A stretch of DNA of 64,000 nucleotides, taken from positions 1 to 64,000 of the forward strand of contig JBEKXL010000002.1 of assembly GCA_049512075.1 (NCBI GenBank), read 5' to 3'. The translations under genes and the position numbers were made by a program. This document shows positions 19,557 to 30,727 of this stretch, piece by piece. The notes beneath the pieces are model-generated. The model was not told the origin of the DNA, did no database searches, and was given only the letters and a program-made list of their open reading frames with translations. Within the stretch, counting starts at the first letter, position 1, and every line of letters begins with the position of its first letter. The DNA comes from Candidatus Bathyarchaeia archaeon (GTDB taxonomy: Archaea; Thermoproteota; Bathyarchaeia; Bathyarchaeales; Bathycorpusculaceae).

Positions 19557-20474
19557 ATGAAGCATACCGGCCAGCAAAGCGACCGACACGAAATACTGTT
19601 CGATTGTTCAGCGATAGAACCGGCTATTGGCTACTTGCGGAATGGGACTGATGAGAACCTTGAGCGTCTGGTTTCTATGCAAGGCAGTAAGGTCGCATAC
19701 AATCATTATCTATGGTCCTCATTCGGTTCAAAATTAACATTCAGAGAGTTCTGGAAGAGAAACTTGGAACGAACCATTTGGAGTAAGCAGCTCGAAACCT
19801 CCATAGACGCTGTCAAAGAATACTTGGCCAGTCGGCAAGAAAGTCAATGGCTCAGCGCGGTGTTGGGGTATCTTCCTGAAGGGCATGTTTTCAGGACAAC
19901 GGTCTATCTTATCACAGGTTACGACAATATCGTTTATGGTGAAGATGTCGCTCTGAACTTGAACTTTAGGCTGTTTCACATTGACCATCGTGAAGTCGTC
20001 TACTACTTGGTTCATGAGCTGGCGCACGCAGGTTATTTCAGATACCGCCAAATGCCAGAACTGGCGAAGATGAGGACTCTGGGTGATCTCTTAGATGTCG
20101 TTAAATTATTGACACATCTTGAGGGCATGGGCGTCATTAGTCCCATGAAAATGAGGCTCGAAGAGGGTGGTATGCTAGACAATGACTACAAGGTTCTCTT
20201 GAATGATGAAGAAAGAAACAGAAGGGTTCGTGAATACTTCAGTGTCCTGTCAAGACTTGAGAGTAGGAGAAGTCAAGAGTTGCGCCAAAAGGATTTTCAG
20301 GTGTTTGAGCAAATGAGCGGGAAGACGACGCGACTATGGTACGTAACGGGTTGCCATATGGCACAAAAAATCGAGCAAGAACGCGGAGTAAAAATGTTGC
20401 GAAACCTCGTGAAGACAGGTTGGCAAGAATTCTTCGAAACATACAGAAACCTTGAAAATCCGCGGACAATCTAA
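19557..20474 (+). CDS. Putative Zn-dependent protease
   Basis: HELAH motif and downstream EG motif. Confidence 0.65.
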   Translation: MKHTGQQSDRHEILFDCSAIEPAIGYLRNGTDENLERLVSMQGSKVAYNHYLWSSFGSKLTFREFWKRNLERTIWSKQLETSIDAVKEYLASRQESQWLSAVLGYLPEGHVFRTTVYLITGYDNIVYGEDVALNLNFRLFHIDHREVVYYLVHELAHAGYFRYRQMPELAKMRTLGDLLDVVKLLTHLEGMGVISPMKMRLEEGGMLDNDYKVLLNDEERNRRVREYFSVLSRLESRRSQELRQKDFQVFEQMSGKTTRLWYVTGCHMAQKIEQERGVKMLRNLVKTGWQEFFETYRNLENPRTI

Positions 20475-20663
20475 TCACGCCTCCGAGTTTGCTGATATTT
20501 GCATCCTTACCACAGCAAAACCGCATTTCAAGAAAAGAAGAAGCACCCGTAAGACACTACTCTGGTGAAAAAGGTTTGCAAGAGAATAGTGCGAGCTCAC
20601 TAGATTCCGCCCCGAAACAATTCGATGACTTTCTGGTTCCAGCAGGTGTGGCTTGTTGTACTC

Positions 20664-21182
20664 CTAGCGCGCGGACCACGGGGTTTGCCACTCTTCCTTG
20701 AAGAAGATTTCTGAAAGCTCTCTCCTTGGTCTAGGAGCTGGTGTTTCGTTAGGTACGCCGATGGGTAGCAAGGCGACAACCCGCATTCTTGCAGGAATCT
20801 TGAGCAGACGCTTCACTGCGTCTTCGTCGAAGGCACCTATCCAGCAAGTGCCGTAGCCCAGGGCGGCGGCTGCTAAGGCCATGTGTTCAAGGGCTATCAT
20901 CGGGTCTCTTTCATGCCACCTTGCCGACACGTCAGGATCACCCACTGCGGCCACGACGGCAGCAGCGTCACTCAGGAAAGTCTGGTTATTTGCCGCTCCT
21001 GCCAGAGTCTTCTTGCGATTTGCATCTCGAACTACTATGAAGCGCCAAGGCTGGCGGTTAGCGGCCGAAGGCGCCAGACGCGCGGCCTCGAAAATCATTT
21101 CCAGTCTATCGTCAGGAATTGGTTCCTGCAGGTATTTTCTGATGCTTCTGCGGGTTTTTATGGCTTCAAAAACATCCATCAT
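20664..21182 (-). CDS. Nitroreductase family protein
   Basis: RRSIRKY, APSAANRQPW, GYGTCWIG. Confidence 0.92.
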   Translation of the reverse strand: MMDVFEAIKTRRSIRKYLQEPIPDDRLEMIFEAARLAPSAANRQPWRFIVVRDANRKKTLAGAANNQTFLSDAAAVVAAVGDPDVSARWHERDPMIALEHMALAAAALGYGTCWIGAFDEDAVKRLLKIPARMRVVALLPIGVPNETPAPRPRRELSEIFFKEEWQTPWSAR

Positions 21183-21439
21183 CTTTTTTCTCCTCCGATG
21201 AAATGAACTTTGCACTGGAACTTGTTAGCCTTCGAATACCATGCTTATATGTATTTCTAAAGCAGCCGCGTGATCTGGCACGCCCGCGCTAGCAGGGTCC
21301 TATCTCCTGTCTAGTCTACTAGCAGCACTTTCTACAAAAAGAAAAACCAGTGGATGAACGAACGTGCATCTTTCATCAGAAAGGATCATTTTGAAACTCA
21401 GGTACAATGCCCGCAAAGCTTGATTCTAGGAGGCAATTC

Positions 21440-21652
21440 TTATCGTCTTATCGCCGCCATTGCTTTCAGTTGTTTCCTATTCTCCGATATTGCTACTATC
21501 TTGACCTGGGTTCTGTATAAACAGTTCTTTGCTGCTTCCTTCGCGTCCTTTCGAGTCTCATAAGTCCCTTTAAGCTCGATCCACGGCAGCGATTCATCAA
21601 TCCTTATCCATGCGGCGTGCAAGTACTCCACCACTTGACAGAGAAAGAGCAT
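21440..21652 (-). CDS. Small hypothetical protein (start uncertain)
   Basis: About 60-70 aa ORF in an otherwise empty gap; WIRIDESLPWIELKGTY. Confidence 0.5.
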   Translation of the reverse strand: MLFLCQVVEYLHAAWIRIDESLPWIELKGTYETRKDAKEAAKNCLYRTQVKIVAISENRKQLKAMAAIRR

Positions 21653-22002
21653 TAGATTCTTAACGATTAAAACTGTTATGAATTTTGGATAATTATCTGA
21701 GGTTAAGCTCCGTTTCGGAAACTTATTTAAGTGATGCTGTCCCCCGTCTTAGAGTTTAGGAGAGAGACGAGGGCAGAGCCTAGCTGGGGCCACGTAAGAG
21801 TGGTCGGTTGAAGCGGTGCCTATGGATGGACAGGAAAAAAAGAATCCAAGAAGGTGTGCAACGTGAAGCAACTGAACAGTGTGCATGGTTCCACCAGCAA
21901 CGCTTCACGGCCAGAGGAAATTCTTGAAACGCATCGTAGGTCTGTTGGCAAGTTTTCCATTTTGCACGTTGATTATGGATGCTTTTCAGGGGAGGCTGAC
22001 GC

Positions 22003-23244
22003 TTGATGGTTTACCAGACAAATCCGAGCCTGTCCTTCACGTCGTTCAAGGAGACACTGGCTGGACATTTCGCTGGCGTTGGAGGCCTAATTGCAGGTCT
22101 CATAGTTGCTTGGCAGCTTGGTGTGTTCCACAGTGTTCCGTGGGCTATCGCCCTCTATCCGACTGTGTTGACGGCTAAAGCCGTGATAAGCGGCACGTTC
22201 AGCGGGCGCTTGAACACTGCATTGCACATCGGAACTCTTTCCCCGAGATTCTCTGGAAACATGGGATTTGTAGGTCGAATGTTTCAGCGTATACTGGCCT
22301 TGACCTTGGTGACAAGTGTTGTAATGAGCATCGTTTCGACCATCTTAGGGAGCCTGTTCTGGGGGATTACCCCTGCAAACTTTTCAGACGTCTTGACAGT
22401 TGTTGTTGCGACGATGAGTCTAGGATTGACTCTCCACTTTTTCACGTTATCTGTCACGTTCACTGCCTTCAAGAAGGGTTTTGACTTGGACAGTGTTGCA
22501 TATCCAATTGTTGCTACGATTGCAGATGTTTTCATAACAATCTGCTATGCCGTTGCAGTCAATCTCTACTTCAAATTCGGCTACACAGGAAAATACGTCG
22601 TTCTCTTAATCGCGATTATTCCCGCAGTCTTGATTCTCTATTCTTTGTCCCGAGGCGTCCATGAGACAGGGTTCTCCAAAACCATTAAGACCTCTATCTT
22701 GGCTCTGATGCTTGTGGCGGTAATTGCCAGTGTCACGGGGACGATTTTGCAAGAAATTAACGTTGGTGCAACTCTTTGGACCGGGAGCGGCGCTCTTCAT
22801 CCCGCTTCGCTTTTTGCTGCTTACCCCGCTCTGATTGAACTGGTGGGCGATGCTGCTCTGGTGATAGGGTCTACTGCTACAACGAGGCTTGTACTCGGAT
22901 TGCTTGAACCCCACTTTTCTGCCATGAAGAACCACGCCATGCAGATTCTTGGTGCTTGGGCGGCTTCGGCGGTTGCGTTTATCCCCCTTTCGGCGGTATC
23001 TCTGTTCCTAACCGGTACATTTGGGCTTCCCGCTTTCTACGTTCTGACTTCCGCGTTGCTTGCGACAAACGCGTTCGCACTTGTCGCCATGACGCTAATA
23101 TCTTATGCCTTTGCAATATTGACTTTCAAGAAAGGTTTGGACCCTGACCATCTGGTCATTCCGATAGAAAGTGCACTTGCCGGCACCATAACGTCAACGG
23201 CTTTGCTTACCGCATTGTTCCTGCTAACCCACTTGGGAGGATAG
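22003..23244 (+). CDS. MgtE/SLC41-like divalent cation transporter
   Basis: Two MgtE membrane repeats (KKGFDLDSVAYPIVATIADV; KKGLDPDHLVIP). Confidence 0.85.
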   Translation: MMVYQTNPSLSFTSFKETLAGHFAGVGGLIAGLIVAWQLGVFHSVPWAIALYPTVLTAKAVISGTFSGRLNTALHIGTLSPRFSGNMGFVGRMFQRILALTLVTSVVMSIVSTILGSLFWGITPANFSDVLTVVVATMSLGLTLHFFTLSVTFTAFKKGFDLDSVAYPIVATIADVFITICYAVAVNLYFKFGYTGKYVVLLIAIIPAVLILYSLSRGVHETGFSKTIKTSILALMLVAVIASVTGTILQEINVGATLWTGSGALHPASLFAAYPALIELVGDAALVIGSTATTRLVLGLLEPHFSAMKNHAMQILGAWAASAVAFIPLSAVSLFLTGTFGLPAFYVLTSALLATNAFALVAMTLISYAFAILTFKKGLDPDHLVIPIESALAGTITSTALLTALFLLTHLGG

Positions 23245-23296
23245 AATTAAAATATTCCCTACGCTCTAATCTCCTACTCGGAGCGACATTAAGCAC

Positions 23297-23905
23297 ATGC
23301 CCGCCTTAGAAAAGGTAAGATACAGGCCTGTACCTGTTCGTGATCTCTTCTTAGAAATGAAAAACTTGTCCGAGCTGATGATTGACCTGGCTTATTCAGC
23401 GGCCCTTTTCAATGATCGGGAACTCGCTGAAGACATCTTGGAGCTTGAGAACCGCGTTGACACGCTGGATTATCTGCTGGAGATGACGCTCATGATCGCG
23501 GCAAGAGACGCCCACGATGCGGAAGCACTAGCCGGAGTGTCGGCAGTGGCTTCGGCGGCGGACAAGATTTCGGACGCTGCAGCAGACATAGCCGCGATAG
23601 TCACGCAGAACATAGGTGTGCATCCGATAGTTAGCCAGGTTTTTGAGAAGGTCGAGGAGCGTTTGATGCAGGCAAAGGTGAGTGCTGACTCATCATTTGT
23701 GGGCAAACGGGTGGGTGAGCTTGATTTGGCGGCGAGAATGGGAGTTGACATCATCGCCCTTCGACGGGACAAGGACTGGATCATAAATCCGCAGAAGACT
23801 GAACACATCAGAAGCGGGGATGTCTTGATAGTCCGCGGCGTTCACTCAGGCATCAAAGAATTCAAGGAGCTCGCAGAACAGAAATCGCGGAGGAGAGGAG
23901 ACTGA
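23297..23905 (+). CDS. PhoU + TrkA-C domain protein
   Basis: SELMIDLAYSA...DKISDAA; C-terminal RCK-C domain. Confidence 0.85.
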   Translation: MPALEKVRYRPVPVRDLFLEMKNLSELMIDLAYSAALFNDRELAEDILELENRVDTLDYLLEMTLMIAARDAHDAEALAGVSAVASAADKISDAAADIAAIVTQNIGVHPIVSQVFEKVEERLMQAKVSADSSFVGKRVGELDLAARMGVDIIALRRDKDWIINPQKTEHIRSGDVLIVRGVHSGIKEFKELAEQKSRRRGD

Positions 23906-23906
23906 A

Positions 23907-24485
23907 ATGTCACAGCAGAACCAGGCAAGGTTCAAGGAAATCGTAGAACGGTTGGTTGAGCTTAAGGACACCTCTGAACTCATGATTGACTTGGCCTACT
24001 CCTCATTGCTTCTGAAGAGCCGGGAGCTGGCTGAAGAAGTGCAGAGGCTTGAAGAACACGTGGACAAGCTGCACACAGATTTTGAACTGCTCGTCCTTCA
24101 AAGCGAGTTCAAAAAAGAGGAAGCAAAGGGCTTTCTGGGACTCATACGGCTGGGAGTGGCAACCGAAAAAATAGCAGACGCGGCTGCCCAGATATCCGAG
24201 GTCGTTTTAAGAGGCATTGAACCGCACCCAGTGTTGCAGCTCAGCATAAGAGAAGCTGAAGAAACAGTTGCTTACGTGCCTGTAGCCAAAGACTCTCCAT
24301 TAGCGAACAAGACTCTCGTGGAAGCACGGATTCCTGAGGAAACTGGCATGTGGATACTGGCTATAAGAAGAGGCAACAAGTCCATCAGACCCAAGCCTGA
24401 CTCCAAAATCGAGGTGGGAGACGTTCTAATCGCCTCAGGCTACGCCGAGGGAGTGGAAGACCTAAAAAAACTGTCAAAGCGATGA
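23907..24485 (+). CDS. PhoU + TrkA-C domain protein (paralog)
   Basis: SELMIDLAYSS...EKIADAA; C-terminal RCK-C domain. Confidence 0.85.
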   Translation: MSQQNQARFKEIVERLVELKDTSELMIDLAYSSLLLKSRELAEEVQRLEEHVDKLHTDFELLVLQSEFKKEEAKGFLGLIRLGVATEKIADAAAQISEVVLRGIEPHPVLQLSIREAEETVAYVPVAKDSPLANKTLVEARIPEETGMWILAIRRGNKSIRPKPDSKIEVGDVLIASGYAEGVEDLKKLSKR

Positions 24486-24581
24486 CCAACGTTTTCGTTC
24501 CGGTCCGTACACAGACTACTTATTTTGAATGCACTAACACTATAAACACGGCTCGCCTTCATATTTAACGAGGGATTCATC

Positions 24582-24983
24582 ATCACCAAGCGGAAAGAGA
24601 AAGCAGCCGATATCCAGAGTTACACGTGTTCAAACCCTTCCTGCAGCAAATCGTTCGCAAAACCATTGAAAGCAGTAAACCTGTCCTTGGAGAACCCTGA
24701 ACCATACTTTGCATGTCCACATTGCCTCACAGAAATCACCACTCAAGAAAACCCGTCGGCGGCAGAAACAAAGCCAGGCTTGGACGGCGAAACCGTGAAA
24801 ACCGCAAAAGACGGTCTCGAAGAAGAAAAAACTTCACTACAGCCGGCAAAGACACTGTGCACCCACCACTTCGGCTACCTGAGCGAACGCTCAAGCAAGG
24901 AAAAAATATCTGAAGAGTGCATGGCCTGCGCGGAAATAGTCAATTGCATGCTGAAGGCCGTAAAAAGCTGCACAGACAACTAG
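24582..24983 (+). CDS. Zn-finger hypothetical protein, probable ATC start
   Basis: Frame upstream of TTG 24666 encodes CSNPSC, which would pair with CPHC; C-terminal C.HHFGYL...EC..C...C. Confidence 0.6.
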   Translation: MTKRKEKAADIQSYTCSNPSCSKSFAKPLKAVNLSLENPEPYFACPHCLTEITTQENPSAAETKPGLDGETVKTAKDGLEEEKTSLQPAKTLCTHHFGYLSERSSKEKISEECMACAEIVNCMLKAVKSCTDN

Positions 24984-25217
24984 TGCAAAAAGAAAATGTC
25001 CGGTTAAAGCCTCAAAGAATCTCGAATTGAGCAGACGGGGACTCCGATTTTCATGCACAGGTCTTCTAATAGAGGATTCTCCGCTGACCGTGGACGGACT
25101 TCAAAAGGACGTGGTGGCTGGTGAGCAAAATGTTGACTTGGCGTCGGTTAGTTTCCGATATAATGTGTGAACTGAAAAAGGTTTCTGGATAAATGGAAGG
25201 TTGAGAAGCAGTTGTTG

Positions 25218-25622
25218 CTAGGGTTTCCGTTTCCTTTCGGGTTTCTTCTCTTCGGGCATCTTGGGTGGTTCCGGAGGCTTCTCTTCAACGGTTGGTTTCT
25301 CCTCTGCCGTCGGCTTCACTTCCTCTGGCGTTGGCTTCTCTTCAACGGTTGTCTTCTGCTCTGTTTCCATTTCGCTCGTGATGTCTTCAATTGGTTTTGG
25401 AGGAGGTGTCGTAGCCATCGTCCAACCTATCCACGCGCCTATTGCCAGTATGGCGATGAACGCTATGAAGACTGGAAGCGCAACGAGCGCGAACGAGAGA
25501 GGCCAATTGTGTCCTTCCTGCAACCAGTATCCCCAGTAGAACAGTCCTAGAGTGTAGAGCACGCCTACAACCACGCAAACTAGGCAGATTAATCCGCCGA
25601 TACCTTGATCTTTGCTAACCAT
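25218..25622 (-). CDS. Two-TM membrane protein with E/K/P-rich tail
   Basis: WIGWTMATTPPPKPIE followed by EEKPT repeats. Confidence 0.75.
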   Translation of the reverse strand: MVSKDQGIGGLICLVCVVVGVLYTLGLFYWGYWLQEGHNWPLSFALVALPVFIAFIAILAIGAWIGWTMATTPPPKPIEDITSEMETEQKTTVEEKPTPEEVKPTAEEKPTVEEKPPEPPKMPEEKKPERKRKP

Positions 25623-25697
25623 TTTTACATCTCACCACATATTAGCCCTTTTTACGCCTTTAAACCTTTTAAAGTTTACCGTACTGTTTGACGATTG

Positions 25698-26954
25698 TTA
25701 GGTGGTTCCGGTCTCCCATGTTGCTAGGTACCGTTTCTGTTCCTCTGTCAACTCGTCTATCTTGATTCCCATCGCGTCGAGCTTCAGCTTCGCCACTTTC
25801 TCGTCGATTTCCTTGGGCACCGTGTAAACTCGCGGTTCCATCCTTTCTGTCTTGGCCAAGTGCTCGGCGCAGAGAGCTTGGTTGGCGAACGACATGTCCA
25901 TTACCTCCGACGGGTGGCCCTCCGCGGCGGCCAGGTTCACAAGTCTGCCCTCTGCTAGGAGGTAAAGTCTTCTTCCGTTCTTGAGGGTGTACTCGTCTAG
26001 GTTGGGCCTTATGTTCCTCTTCGACGTTGCGAGTTCTTCAAGATACTTGGGGTTAACCTCGACGTTGAAGTGTCCGCTGTTGGCCAGCAGTGCCCCGTCC
26101 TTCATCCTCTGCATGTGTTCCTTCCTTATTACGCTCGTGTCGCCCGTCGCGGTTACGAATATGTCGCCCACTGCAGCGGCGTCGGTTAGTGGCATTACGC
26201 GCAGGCCGTTCATGGCTGCTTCGAGCGCCCTTGTGGGGTTCACCTCGGTGACTATGACGTTTGCGCCCATTCCCTGCGCTCTTAGAGCTATTCCTTTTCC
26301 GCACCAGCCGTAGCCGCAGACGACGAAGTTTTTGCCCGCGAAGAGAATGTTGGTGGCCCTGAGAATGCCGTCCAGGGTGCTTTGGCCGGTTCCGTAACGG
26401 TTGTCGAACAGGTACTTCGTGTAAGCATCGTTAACCGCGATTATGGGGTACTTTAGGGCTCCGTCTTTCTCCATGGCCCTCAGCCTCAGTACGCCGGTTG
26501 TGGTTTCTTCGGTGCCGCCTTTGACGCCTTTCAACAGTTCTGACCTCTTGCTGTGCAGGGTGCCCACGAGGTCGGCGCCGTCGTCGAGTGTGATGAAGGG
26601 CTTGGAGTCTAGCACTCTTTCGACGCACCAGTAATATTCTTCAGTGGTTTGGACGCGCCAGGCGAAGACCTTGGCTCCTTCTTGGGCCAGTGCGGCGGCG
26701 ACGTCGTCCTGTGTTGAGAGGGGGTTGGACCCGCAAAGTGCAACGTTTGCTCCAGCTGAGAGGAAGGTTTCAACGAGGAACCCGGTTTCTTTGGTTACAT
26801 GCAGGCAGGCGGCCAGGGAGAGATCCTTGAGCGGTTTCTCCTTGGCGAACCTGTTCTTGATTTGGGCGAGGACGGGCATGTGCTTCGACGCCCATTCAAT
26901 TTGTAAACGTCCTTGTGGCGCCAGACTCGTGTCTTTGACCTTGAACTCTTGCAT
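25698..26954 (-). CDS. ahcY: Adenosylhomocysteinase
   Basis: [36 protein letters not shown]. Confidence 0.97.
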   Translation of the reverse strand: MQEFKVKDTSLAPQGRLQIEWASKHMPVLAQIKNRFAKEKPLKDLSLAACLHVTKETGFLVETFLSAGANVALCGSNPLSTQDDVAAALAQEGAKVFAWRVQTTEEYYWCVERVLDSKPFITLDDGADLVGTLHSKRSELLKGVKGGTEETTTGVLRLRAMEKDGALKYPIIAVNDAYTKYLFDNRYGTGQSTLDGILRATNILFAGKNFVVCGYGWCGKGIALRAQGMGANVIVTEVNPTRALEAAMNGLRVMPLTDAAAVGDIFVTATGDTSVIRKEHMQRMKDGALLANSGHFNVEVNPKYLEELATSKRNIRPNLDEYTLKNGRRLYLLAEGRLVNLAAAEGHPSEVMDMSFANQALCAEHLAKTERMEPRVYTVPKEIDEKVAKLKLDAMGIKIDELTEEQKRYLATWETGTT

Positions 26955-27058
26955 GAATGTTTCACTCTCTCTATGTCCATCTGCCGTATGCTATATAAAA
27001 CTAAGCGTCACAACATGTGGAGCCTAGGGTTGTCTCTGTGGCCGCAGGAAGTTTCAAA

Positions 27059-27320
27059 GTCGGCCCCCCGTCTTTGTTTGTTTAGGTCTAACATTATGTT
27101 GGATTACAAGATCGCGATGTTGTGTTTTTGACCCCCCTCTTTTTGCTTGTAATGTCCGATGTAATGTGGATTGTAATAAACCATGAAGAAAACAGACCTG
27201 GACCGCCCTTCAGAGCCAACGAGTTCCGTTTATTTGTAATGTCAGATGTAATGTGCATTGTAATGTTCTGTTGTTGACCCCTCCCCAGTCGGTAATTTCA
27301 GAGGTAATGCTATACTGATA
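27059..27320 (-). repeat. Array B: inverted copy of the array A core plus one extra unit
   Basis: 206-bp exact inverted repeat of 14967-15172; extra unit ATTACCTCTGAAATTACCGACTGGGGAGGGGTC on the - strand. Confidence 0.9.
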
Positions 27321-27441
27321 GGCGCGCGCTTGGACTTTTTCTATTTGAATTTTGCTCACAAAATGGCACAGGGAAAGGGATTTCAGCGCCAATTTACTAG
27401 TAAAAAGAGTAATAGCGCTCGATAGCGCTGCCTCCGAGGTT

Positions 27442-27846
27442 TTAGTTATTCTTACTCTCTTGCGCTATTAGCTTCTGGACTCGTCGCTCAATGTCATCTC
27501 TGATCTCTCTCACTTTCTCGATTGGCTTTCCCTTCGGGTCTTCAAGTTTCCAATCAATTGTTGGTTTGAAGAATGGCCCGGGGCAGATTCCATTGCCATT
27601 GCAGCCCATGGTAACAATCAGATCAGCGTCTTGGGCCATCTGGAAAGTGAGCAGCTTTGGTTCATTCATTGATATGTCGATGCCCTTCTCTTTCAAGGCC
27701 TCCACTACTATGGGGTTGACCTTGTCTGCTGGCTTGTTGCCCGCGCTGGAAACGATAAATTTGTCCTTTCCGTATTTGTTGGCGAAGGCCTCTGCCATCT
27801 GGCTTCTGCCAGCATTCTCAACACAGACAAAAAGTATTCGCTTCAA
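27442..27846 (-). CDS. arsC: Arsenate reductase (LMW-PTP family)
   Basis: FVCVENAGRSQMAE, VTMGC...CP, W.LEDP. Confidence 0.9.
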   Translation of the reverse strand: MKRILFVCVENAGRSQMAEAFANKYGKDKFIVSSAGNKPADKVNPIVVEALKEKGIDISMNEPKLLTFQMAQDADLIVTMGCNGNGICPGPFFKPTIDWKLEDPKGKPIEKVREIRDDIERRVQKLIAQESKNN

Positions 27847-27913
27847 CTTGGTCCCTTAACAAGGGAACAAAAACATATTTAAATACGTTGCTATTATTGG
27901 TTATTTGAAAGAT

Positions 27914-28300
27914 ATGACTGCATCAAAAATACGTGAGAGATTACAACGGTTAGCAGAATCAGGAACTTGCTCTTACGAAACTGCCTCAGAATACGCTGAC
28001 GAATTAAAGGAACTAGCCAATAAAGGCATAAGTTCGGGAAACAGTAAAGCTAAGAGCAAAGTCTTCAAAGCTCTTGCAGACTCCACTAGACTTAGAATTT
28101 TAGGCTTGCTATCATCCCGCGAGATGTGTGTCTGTGAAGTCATGGTTGCGCTTGATTTAACTCAGCCCACCGCTTCTCACCATCTGAGGATTCTGGAAAA
28201 TGTTGGGTTGGTCAAGGACAGGAAAGAAGGAAAATGGGTTTTCTATAGCATAGCCAATCCAGAACTTTTCGAAGACATGCGCAAACTAAATATCCTATGA
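27914..28300 (+). CDS. ArsR/SmtB family regulator
   Basis: FKALADSTRLRIL...EMCVCE...QPTASHHL. Confidence 0.92.
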   Translation: MTASKIRERLQRLAESGTCSYETASEYADELKELANKGISSGNSKAKSKVFKALADSTRLRILGLLSSREMCVCEVMVALDLTQPTASHHLRILENVGLVKDRKEGKWVFYSIANPELFEDMRKLNIL

Positions 28301-28388
28301 TTTTTTTGAAGACATACTTATGCGAAACACAGGCATTATAACAATACATTTAAATTCTTAAATATAACTACCTGCTTTTGGTGAGCCA

Positions 28389-28649
28389 ATGAATATTGAG
28401 AAAGTTATCCTGAACGCCTCAAAAACAGATTGTACTGGATGCCGCACATGTGCAACTGATTATGAAGCAGATAATCTCAGACATGCAATAGCCAGGCTAA
28501 ACGGAATCTCAAAAGTCAAAGTTGACGAGATAACAGGCAAGGTCACAATAGAATACGACACACAAAGAATTAGTCTCTCCAAGATCACTGAACGCATTGA
28601 AAAGCTCGGCTACCAAGTTGAGATATTATCAAGAGAGGAAATCCAATGA
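28389..28649 (+). CDS. Heavy-metal-associated domain protein (CopZ-like)
   Basis: CTGCRTC; IEYD...IEKLGY. Confidence 0.8.
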   Translation: MNIEKVILNASKTDCTGCRTCATDYEADNLRHAIARLNGISKVKVDEITGKVTIEYDTQRISLSKITERIEKLGYQVEILSREEIQ

Positions 28650-30571
28650 GAGAACACGTCAAAGGCCTAATTCCAGTAATTTCACTTGGGCTATTCGCTT
28701 TAGCAGGCGCCCTAATATCTGGAACTCAAGTAACTTATGCGCATGAAATTAGCATTGCTTTGACTTTGATCGCCGTTGCCATAGGCTACCGCATCTATTT
28801 GCACGGCATTCGATCCCTGCGACATGGGAATGTCACTGCCCAATTGTTTGCGACTATCGCCATCTTTATTTCAGTAGTAGCTGGTCTCGTCTTACCTTCA
28901 GCATCAGCCACTGGCACAGCAGAAGCAGTTGGTTACCTCACAGCAGCAGCAATAGTGGCATTCATAATACTCGCAGGTATGACGCTTGAAGACTACATCA
29001 TACATAGAACAAGAGGTGCACTCGAGAAGCTCATAAACATGAGCCCCACCACAGCTCGCATACGTCGAGACGGCGTAGAAGTTGAAATGCCCATAGACGA
29101 GGTCAAGATAGGCGAAATCGTCTTAGTCAAACCAGGCGACAAAATTCCCGTTGACGGAACAGTAATTTCCGGACACAGCACCGTTAACCAGGCAACCATA
29201 ACTGGCGAATCAATTCCAACTGAAAAGATAGTAGGGGACCACACATTTGCTGGCACACTCAATGAACATGGAGCATTGGAAATTGAAGTTGAAAAAATCG
29301 CTGAGGACACTACGCTTGCCCACCTCATTCAACTAGTCGAAGAAGCTCAAGAGAAAAAAGCACCTATACAGAACGTTGCAGACCGATTTACCACTTACTT
29401 CTTGCCAATCATGACAGTTTTGGCATCTGTTGTATTTGCGGCCAGCTATTTCACATTTGATTTTGAGGTGGCACTGGCAAGAACCGTAACTGTTCTCTTA
29501 GTCGCATGTCCTTGCGCGCTTTCAATAGCTGTTCCTGTCGCTGTAGCTGCAACCATCGGTAATGCCAGCATGAACGGCATAATAATCAAGGGTGGCACGC
29601 ACATCGAAAAGCTAAAGGACGTTAAGCTGGTCGCCTTCGACAAAACTGGCACGTTAACCGTTGGCGAACCTAGGGTTGTTGAGATAAAAACCTTCGGTAA
29701 TTACTCTGAAGCGGACACAATCAAGTATGCAGCAATTGCTGAGAAATTCTCAGAACACCCCCTGTCCAAAGCCATCATCGCTAAAGCAACGGGGATGAGC
29801 ATGAAAATTCCTGACCCCACAGACTTCAAAACCATTCCAGGGCATGGCGTGGACGCCCATTACGGAAACAAGCATATCCTAATTGGAACCAAGATGATAG
29901 AAACGGAGATTTCAGAAGAAGCGAATCAATTGATGAGCATGGTTGAAAGCGAGGGGAAAACAGCTATTCCCATAGCACTAGACGAACATGTTATCGGCAT
30001 AGTCGTTGTGGCTGACACAGTCAGAGAGAATTCTTTGGAAGCTATACAGAGGCTTAAGCGCTTAGGAATCAAGACCGCCATGATAACTGGCGATAACATG
30101 CGGACTGCCAAATCTATCGCTGAGCAGATCGGGATTGATGAGTACCATGCTGAGCTTTTACCTGAACAGAAAGTTGCGATCATTGGGGAAATGAAAAAAG
30201 GCAATGTTGTTGCGATGGTTGGTGACGGCGTGAATGATGCTCCTGCTTTGGCTAATGCGGACGTTGGGTTTGCGATGGGTGCGGCTGGCAGCGATGTGGC
30301 TGTTGAAACTGCTGACGTGGCTCTGCTTGGAGACGACTTGACAAAGGTTGAATATGCGATTAGCCTGAGTCGGAAGGCGTTTAACAGAATGAAGGGGAAC
30401 ATAGTTTACGCCTTTATCTGGAACGTAGTCGCATTGAGTTTAGCCGCTTTTGGCATCTTAAATCCAGTCCTAGCCGTTGTTCTTGCAGAAGCCGGATGCA
30501 TATCGGTGGTAATCAATTCCGCTTTACTGTTGCTGAGTAAGCCAAAGCCTCTAGCCAAGATTAAGGGATAA
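28646..30571 (+). CDS. Heavy-metal translocating P1B-type ATPase
   Basis: TGES, CPC, DKTGT, SEHP, GDGVNDAP. Confidence 0.95.
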   Translation: MREHVKGLIPVISLGLFALAGALISGTQVTYAHEISIALTLIAVAIGYRIYLHGIRSLRHGNVTAQLFATIAIFISVVAGLVLPSASATGTAEAVGYLTAAAIVAFIILAGMTLEDYIIHRTRGALEKLINMSPTTARIRRDGVEVEMPIDEVKIGEIVLVKPGDKIPVDGTVISGHSTVNQATITGESIPTEKIVGDHTFAGTLNEHGALEIEVEKIAEDTTLAHLIQLVEEAQEKKAPIQNVADRFTTYFLPIMTVLASVVFAASYFTFDFEVALARTVTVLLVACPCALSIAVPVAVAATIGNASMNGIIIKGGTHIEKLKDVKLVAFDKTGTLTVGEPRVVEIKTFGNYSEADTIKYAAIAEKFSEHPLSKAIIAKATGMSMKIPDPTDFKTIPGHGVDAHYGNKHILIGTKMIETEISEEANQLMSMVESEGKTAIPIALDEHVIGIVVVADTVRENSLEAIQRLKRLGIKTAMITGDNMRTAKSIAEQIGIDEYHAELLPEQKVAIIGEMKKGNVVAMVGDGVNDAPALANADVGFAMGAAGSDVAVETADVALLGDDLTKVEYAISLSRKAFNRMKGNIVYAFIWNVVALSLAAFGILNPVLAVVLAEAGCISVVINSALLLLSKPKPLAKIKG

Positions 30572-30727
30572 GCATCGCGTGCATAGTAGGACCAACTATA
30601 GATACGCTTGTAGCACGCGCATCTATTTTCATTTTCTGAATAACACGGATTAGTTCTTTGGGCGGGCGCGCGCTAGAGTGAGCTTGTTTATCCAAAATAC
30701 CCTAGAAATAAGCTCTAACTAGTAAAA

